Translations under genes and position numbers: made by a program | Shown here: one piece after another, positions 55,568-64,000 of the stretch | Numbering within the stretch: the first letter of the stretch is position 1 | Layout of the letters: each line of letters begins with the position of its first letter | The notes under the pieces: generated by a model | Told to the model about the DNA's origin: nothing | Databases searched by the model: none | The model's input: the letters and a program-made list of their open reading frames with translations, nothing else | Source of the DNA: Octopus vulgaris | Taxonomy: Eukaryota | Length of the DNA stretch: 64,000 bases | Direction of reading: 5' to 3' | Assembly: GCA_951406725.2 (NCBI GenBank) | Contig: OX597828.1 | Location: forward strand, 73,284,001 to 73,348,000

Positions 55568-56496
55568 GGTGGTGTTGCGAGTCGTGGGTGGCCGTTAAAA
55601 TTGGGTGGAAATAAAGTAATTTAGGAAAATTTTAATTGATATTATTGAGTGATGTTTGTTGATCAAAATGAAATATAAGTGGAACATTATAAGGATATGA
55701 AAGATATGAATGAATGAATGAATGAATGAATGAATGAATGAATGAATGAATGAAACGAAGGAAATTTAGAATGAATGAATGGACGAAGGAAGGAAGATGA
55801 GGAGGAGAGTAGGATGAGAGAAAAATGAAAGAGTAAGGTGAGAAAGTAAATTGATACGAAATGAAAGAAGGAAAGAAATAGGTGGGTATGAAGGAAGGAA
55901 AGAAAGAAATGCAGTAAAAACTAACATGAAGTTAGGAAGGAAGAGAGAGAAGGGAAGAACGATAGCGAGAGAGAAAGGAGGGAAAATGGGAGAGAGAAGA
56001 AAAAAGAGAGAGTGGGGGGAGAGAGACAGGAATATTGAATATATTGAATGTAAGACACTGAAAGAGGAGAGAAAGTGTGAAGATAACGAAGGAAGAAGAA
56101 AAGGAAGAAGAAGAAGAAGAAGAAGAAGTAGAAATAAAAGAAGAAGAAGAAGAAGAAGAAGTAGAAGTAGAAATAGAAGAAGAAGAAGAAGAAGAAGAAG
56201 AAGAAGAAGAAGAAGAAGAAGAAGAAGAAGAAGAAGAAGAAGAAGAAGAAGAAGAAGAAGAAGAAGAAGCATTGGAATAGTGAAAGTAGAAAGTAGAAAG
56301 ATGTGTGTTAAGAGATATGTTGAATAAAGTGAAGAGAGAGAGAAGGAAATGATGATAAATACACGTATATCTATCTGACTGTTTTTATGATTATGGGCCT
56401 GTCTAACCCTCTCTCTCTCTCTCTCTCTCTCTCTATACGTACATGTGTGTGTGTGTGTGTGTTTGGGTGTGTGTGTGTGTGTGGATAAACATATAT

Positions 56497-57461
<965 letters not shown>

Positions 57462-57467
57462 TATATA

Positions 57468-57515
<48 letters not shown>

Positions 57516-58080
57516 CATACACACATACATACATACACGCACGCATAGATGGATAGCTAGATAGATAGAAGATAGATAGACAGATAGATAGAGAAAAAAA
57601 TGAAATAACTAATGAAATAAAGGAGAAACTCTAGAACATTTGACAGAGAAAGACACAAGAAAAGATGGAAAGACGAGAATAAGAGGAAGAATAACAACAA
57701 AAAAGTGAAAAAAAATGAGGTGGAAAGAAGGAATGCATAGAAAATAGTAGTAAATCGCGAAGAAAGAGAAGAAAGAACGAGTTGAAAAAAGAAAAGAAAG
57801 AGAAAGAAATTAATTGATGAAGAGTAAAAAAAGAAAGAAAGTGGCAGAAGAAAAAAGTGAATTAAAAGAAATAACGGAAGAATGAGGTAGAGATAGAAAG
57901 GAAGAAGAAAATTATAGAAGAATGAAAGGAAAGTTGAACGAGAACGATAACAAAAAGAAAGAAAAAAATTACGGAAGGAAAAAAAATGAAGGAGAGAAAA
58001 GTCAAAAAAGAAAAAGGAAAAGAGAAGATAAACCACAAAAAGAATAAAAAAAGAAATGAAGGATAAATATAATATTATAA

Positions 58081-58438
58081 GAGTGACTGTGTGGTAAGAA
58101 GTTTGCTTCCTAACCACATGGTTCCGAGTTCAGTTCCCCTTCGTGGCACCTTGGGTGAGTGTCGGCCTTTTGTAACCTCGGGCCGGCAAAAAGTCACGTG
58201 AAGGGATTTGGTAGACGGAAACTGAAAGAAACTCGTGTTTTCCCACGCTAATCGATTGAAAACTGGTGTTAGTTTGTTTACATCCTGTAACATAGCTGTT
58301 CGGGAAAAGAAACCGATAGAATAAGCTGCGAGTTGTAAAGAAGAAAAATAAAACGTAATGTGATTGATTCGTTCGACTAAAAACTCTTCTAGGCAGTGCC
58401 CCAGCATGGTCGCATTCTAATGAGTGAAACAAGAGAAA
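58081..58438 (+). mobile_element. SINE family A, diverged near-full-length copy
   Basis: GAGTGACTGTGTGGTAAGAAG...TTTGGTAGACGGAAACTG...GCAGTGCCCCAGCATGG..GAAACAAG. Confidence 0.8.
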
Positions 58439-58978
58439 AAGGACAAAAGTGAAGAAGAAAATGTTGAAGAAGAAAGACGGAAAGGAAAGAAAGAAGGAAG
58501 GAAGGAGGTTGGAAGGAAACAAAGAAGGAAGAGAAGGGAGAGAAGGAAGGAGGGACATGAAGAAAAACTAATAATTTGAAAGAATGAAAAAGTTCGAGAA
58601 AAAATGAGGGCGAAAAAGTGAAAATAGAAAGTGTAAGAAAGCATAAAGGGAGAGAGAGAGAGAGAGCAGGGAGAGCAGGGAGATGATGAGTGAGAGAGCG
58701 AGAGAGAGAGAGAGAGAGTATGTATGAGGTTGTGTGTGTGTGTGCATGCGCCGGCGCGAACGGAAGAATGAATACAAAACGCTGGAAGAAAACAGAAAAT
58801 AAAAGTGTGATGTTAGCAAATGAGATGAAGACGAAGAAGAAGCAGGAGGAGGAGGAGGAGGAGGAGGAGGGGGGAGAGGAGGAGGAATGAAGGTAGACAG
58901 GTGAGAGAGAGAGAGAGAGATTTCAAAGTGTGTGGGAAGGATTGAATTAAAAAAATGTTAGAAAGATGCTCACTAAAG

Positions 58979-59024
<46 letters not shown>

Positions 59025-59128
59025 TTATGTGCATACATCCACACATAAATACATGCATAGACAGACCGACGGATAGACAGACAGATAGATATACCTGCAG
59101 ATAGGCAAGCAAACAGACTGAGAGGCAG

Positions 59129-60052
<924 letters not shown>

Positions 60053-60430
60053 GTTCAAGAGAAAATTAATTTTCACAAGTCGAGAGAGAAAGAGAGAGAC
60101 AGGGGGAGAGAGAGAGGCGGAGACAGAGGTGGAGGAAGAGATAACAATAAAAGTTAAAAGGAAAGCAAAGGAGAAGTCGTTGGCGTGGAAAGTGAAAAGG
60201 AATGTGAGAGGGAAACGAGTAAAAACTAGCAAAATGAAGAAAGGCAGGTTGGCAGCAGCAACAGGATGGTGGAAAAGCTAGATAAATACGAAGCGATGAA
60301 GAAACGAAGAGGATGATGGGAAACGATCGTCTGCTAACTGATTGTAAGTGTTCGAGTGAGGTGGTAGGAGGATGCAACTGACGTGTAAATGAGTAGGAGG
60401 TGGTCAAGAATGATGATAGGAATATGTCCT

Positions 60431-60461
<31 letters not shown>

Positions 60462-60520
60462 GAAGCTTGTGTTTGTGCACCTATTGATGTGGTCTGCGGC
60501 TATATATTAATGTGTGTGCG

Positions 60521-60553
<33 letters not shown>

Positions 60554-61380
60554 GTGTGTGTGATTCGTGTTTATTTTAGTGTATTTGTGAGTTCCGCTTG
60601 CTGTCTGTGTGCTCGCGTGTATGCTTGTGTGTGTGTGCGTTTATATGAGATTATGTATGTGTTGGTGTATGTGTTGTGTATATGTACGTATGTGTATATG
60701 CCTGTATGCATGTTCGTGTGTGAGTTTGCGTATGCGTGTGTCTGCATGTGAGGTTGTATGCATGTGTGTGTATATAATTATGTGCCTGTTCGTATGCGAG
60801 TTTCTGTGTGTATGTGTGTGTGTGTTTGTTAATGTGTATGTATTTGCGTGTATATGTAAGTTTATGTTTATGTCTGAGTTTGTTTATGGATGTGTGTCAG
60901 TTTGTGTATGTGTATATTTATTATATATTGGTGTATATATGTGTGTGTGCGAGTTTGCGAGTTTGTGTAGTGTGTAAGTATAAGCGGATGAATACGTTTG
61001 TGCCTGATAAAGTGGTTTTGTGTGTCTACATTAAGTGTGTGTGAAGTGTGTGTGTGTGTGTGTGTGTATGTGTGTGTGTTTGTGTGCGTGTTTGTGTGCG
61101 TGTATGTGGTTGAATTTGTAGGACTTTTTACTGGAGGTGAATTCGTGTATAAAGGTCTGTGCATGCCTTTGTGTGTGTGTGTGTGTGTGTGTGCGTTTGC
61201 GCGGTTATGTGGGTAATTTGGCAGGACATTTTACTGGAAGTAAATTCGTGTATAAAGTCCTGCGCATGCATGGGTGCGTGTATGTGAGTATGAGTGTGTG
61301 TGTGTGTGTGTGAGGCACACACACACACACACACACAAAATACACACGCACACATACATATATGTATATATATATATATA

Positions 61381-61485
61381 CTCTCTTTACTCTTTTACTT
61401 GTTTCAGTCATTTGACTGCAGCCATGCTGGAGCACCGCCTTTAGTCGAGCAAATCGACCCCGGGACTTGTTCTTTGTAAGCCCAG
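61381..61485 (-). mobile_element. SINE family A 3' tail
   Basis: CTCTTTTACTTGTTTCAGTCATTTGACTGCAGCCATGCTGGAGCACCGCC. Confidence 0.85.
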
Positions 61486-61561
61486 TGTGTGTGTTTGTGT
61501 GATTGTTTTTTATGCCAGATTGCGTATGTAAGTTGGCTTTCTGAGTTTGTGGTGTGTGTGT

Positions 61562-61618
<57 letters not shown>

Positions 61619-62289
61619 CGTGTTTGCATGTGCAATGAGAACGGTACAGAAGAATGAGAAAAAGGAGAAAACGTAGATGGCGGGAAAAAGCAAAGAGGAA
61701 AAGTAGGGAAAGAGACGTAGAGAGAAGGGGGGGGTTAGCTAAGGGAGGAGGGTTAATATAGAACATCATAATGGAGGGAAAGCGAAGAGGAGAGAGGGAA
61801 GAGAGAGAGTGAGAGGGGAATGAGAAATTTTGAGATAAAGAGGGGGTGAAAGTGCGAGGGAGTAAGAGTAAAAGTGGAGGGGGGGAGCAATTGAAAGCCG
61901 TAAGGTTAAAGAGAGGGAGAGGGGGAGAGAGAGCGGAAGTAGTGCGGGGGGAAGGGGGTAAGAGAAGACGTTCACACTTGAAAGTATGTTGGTACATGTG
62001 TGTGTATGCGTGTCTGTGGGTGTGTCTGTGTGTGTGTGTGTGGTTGCGTGAGTGTTTCGTGTGTGTATACAGGTGCGTGTGTATGTCTGTTTGCGTCTGT
62101 ACATGCATTTGTGTGTGTGTGTGTGTGTGCGTCTGTGTGTTGTGTGCGTCTGTGTGTGGATGTGGGTGTTGATGTGTCTTTGTGTGTGTGTGGGTATGAG
62201 TATGAGTGTGGGTGTGTGTGTGGGTGTGGGTGTGGTTCATTGGTTCGATGTAGAAGAAATAGTTTAGTTGGTCCCATGGTCTTCGCAAT

Positions 62290-63290
62290 TATCCGACGAT
62301 AATGAGATTGAACCCGAGAATATTCCGCATTAACTATTTCATGTGGGCGACTAATGACGAATTATGTGGTATGGAGGGAACTGAGTGTAGAGGGTCACGG
62401 AGATTGATGATAGCGAACACAAGTGAGTCGGGAGATGGGGTCCTGAATAAAGGTGGTGTGAAATCAGCAACAGCTTGCTAACAAAGGCCGTTGTAGTAGC
62501 GGTATTAAACCGAGTGAGTGGACACAGCATGTCAGTGCATTTGTGAGTAACTTCGTGGTAATCGTCGAAGAAAGATTTTCTCTTGTTACATCAAGGAAGT
62601 CAAGGTTTAGCAACAACGCCGTCCCAGATGTGGGGCCAGCGTCCTGAAGTGGCATGTAAAGAGTTAAGAATTCTTAGAAGTTTGTAATATTTTATGGTGC
62701 TAAGAGGAGAGACTGGTCTTTGAAGTGCTGATGATGCCATATTGATGTGGTGGAATGAAAGTAAGATCAGACACAGAAGAGTATGTGTTGTAGATGAGCG
62801 CATGAAAGCCTTGAAGAACAAAACCAACCCCTGAGACATGCTAGAGTTCAATGGGTTTTGGTTAGGGAGAGATTCATCAGAATTCTTTGTTGCCGGGCGA
62901 TTCTAACAAAAAGATTCCAATTCAGGAATTGGGAGACAAATAGAGTCTAAGAGTCCATAGTTCACCAATTTAGAAGGAAGATTCACTTCCTGGGTACCGT
63001 GAAAGGCCCTGATTTTGTAAAGTGCATCCAGTTTTCCTTTCAGTTCTCGATAGTGAGAACATGTTCAAGAATAACTTAACTGCTTTGGTCACCGGTACAA
63101 AGTGGCTTGAGTAAAGCCGTTCGCTGAGGAGGGTGAGGGCTTAAAGGTTTTAGAGCCGGGTTGTACTGAGTGGCTTTGTCCATCATTTTTGAGATTTCGG
63201 AAGGGAATAGCAAGTTTCTACATAGCAAGGTCAGTGTGGTTGCCCTTCTTGAGATTAAGACAAAATCTAAAGCGCTTATGCATTACCAGT
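62290..63290 (-). mobile_element. Heavily decayed CR1-group LINE reverse-transcriptase region
   Basis: Minus-frame remnants in RT order: KKGNHTD..SEISKMM (cf. PKKG..NYRPI..ISK), AFHGTQEVNLPSKLVNYG (cf. KAFD...KL..YG), NSSMSQGLVL (cf. SGVPQGSVL), PHIWDG and YRYYNGLC. Confidence 0.65.
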
Positions 63291-63299
63291 AACATGTAA

Positions 63300-63480
63300 A
63301 ATAAGCGGTGTAGGGACAGGCGTGGTAAGATGTTTTCTTCCCTACTCTAAGGCTCCGGGTTCAGTCCCACTGCATGGAACCCAGATCAAGTGTCTCCTAC
63401 TATATCTTCAGGCCGACCAAAACCTTGTGAATGAATTTGGTCAATGGAAATAGAAAGAAGCCCCCCCTCCCCATCGTAAA

Positions 63481-63525
<45 letters not shown>

Positions 63526-63625
63526 ATGTGTGTATGTGTGTGTGTGTGTATTCGAGTAAAAATTTCGTTAAAGTTGTGGCCTAGCATGGCCGCAGTCTAA
63601 TGACTGAAACAAGTAAAAGATAAAA
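63300..63625 (+). mobile_element. SINE family A, diverged with internal deletion
   Basis: CCGGGTTCAGTCCCACTGC...GGCCGACCAAAACCTTGTGA...AGCATGGCCGCAGTCTAATGACTGAAACAAG. Confidence 0.8.
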
Positions 63626-63759
63626 CGTAGACGATAAAAGAACAACCAGTGTCTTCTGAGGGGGGGGGGGAGACAGGCAGACATACAGAAAGACAGACAA
63701 ACAGACAGACAAAGGTTGTTTGGGGAGGGCCACATTTGGAGCAGGTGGTTTGGGTGAGC

Positions 63760-64000
63760 CTGTGTGTGCGTGTGTGTGTGAGCGTGTGTGTGTGAGCGTG
63801 TGTGTGTGAGCGTGTGTGTGTTAGCGTGTGTGTGTGAGCGTGTGTGTGTGAGCGTGTGTGTGTGTGCGTGTGTGTGTGAGCGTGTGTGTGTGAGCGTGTG
63901 TGTGTGTGCGTGTGTGTGTGTGTGCGTGTGTGTGTGTGCGTGTGTGTTTTGAGCGTGTGTGTGTGAGCGTGTGTGTGTGCGTGTGTGTGTGAGAGTGTGT
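63760..64000. repeat. (GT)n-derived minisatellite with GAGC/GC interruptions
   Basis: Unit approximately GAGCGTGTGTGTGT. Confidence 0.9.

Overview
Animal non-coding DNA, very AT-rich and saturated with microsatellites [(TA)n, (CA)n, (GATA)n, (AAT)n, (TAG)n, (TTC)n]. The tRNA-derived SINE families closely resemble those I recall from Octopus, so a coleoid cephalopod intron or intergenic region is inferred, not proven. No host protein-coding exon can be supported, and almost all listed ORFs are microsatellite artefacts. Recognisable coding relics are one decayed Tc1 transposon (36853-38067), two decayed CR1-type LINE fragments and an RTE LINE 3' end. There are also several Tc1/mariner MITEs and dozens of SINE copies from at least four families. 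The main unexpected signal is about 14 type-I hammerhead-ribozyme motifs of the minimal Penelope-like kind, with a palindromic stem III. Four have a complete canonical core, one has a U3-A8 covariant core and one family has a fixed A6U core. Most sit in short inserts beside (TA)n tracts. The strongest candidate for something undescribed is a 594-bp fold-back element (47112-47705) bounded by an 11-bp target-site duplication. It consists of two head-to-head units, each a Pol III tRNA-like head plus (AAT)n plus a hammerhead, with a compensatory base pair between the two stems II. A deleted relative lies at 34039-34245. Several long palindromes accompany these elements. All structures were read by eye; none was computed or tested.
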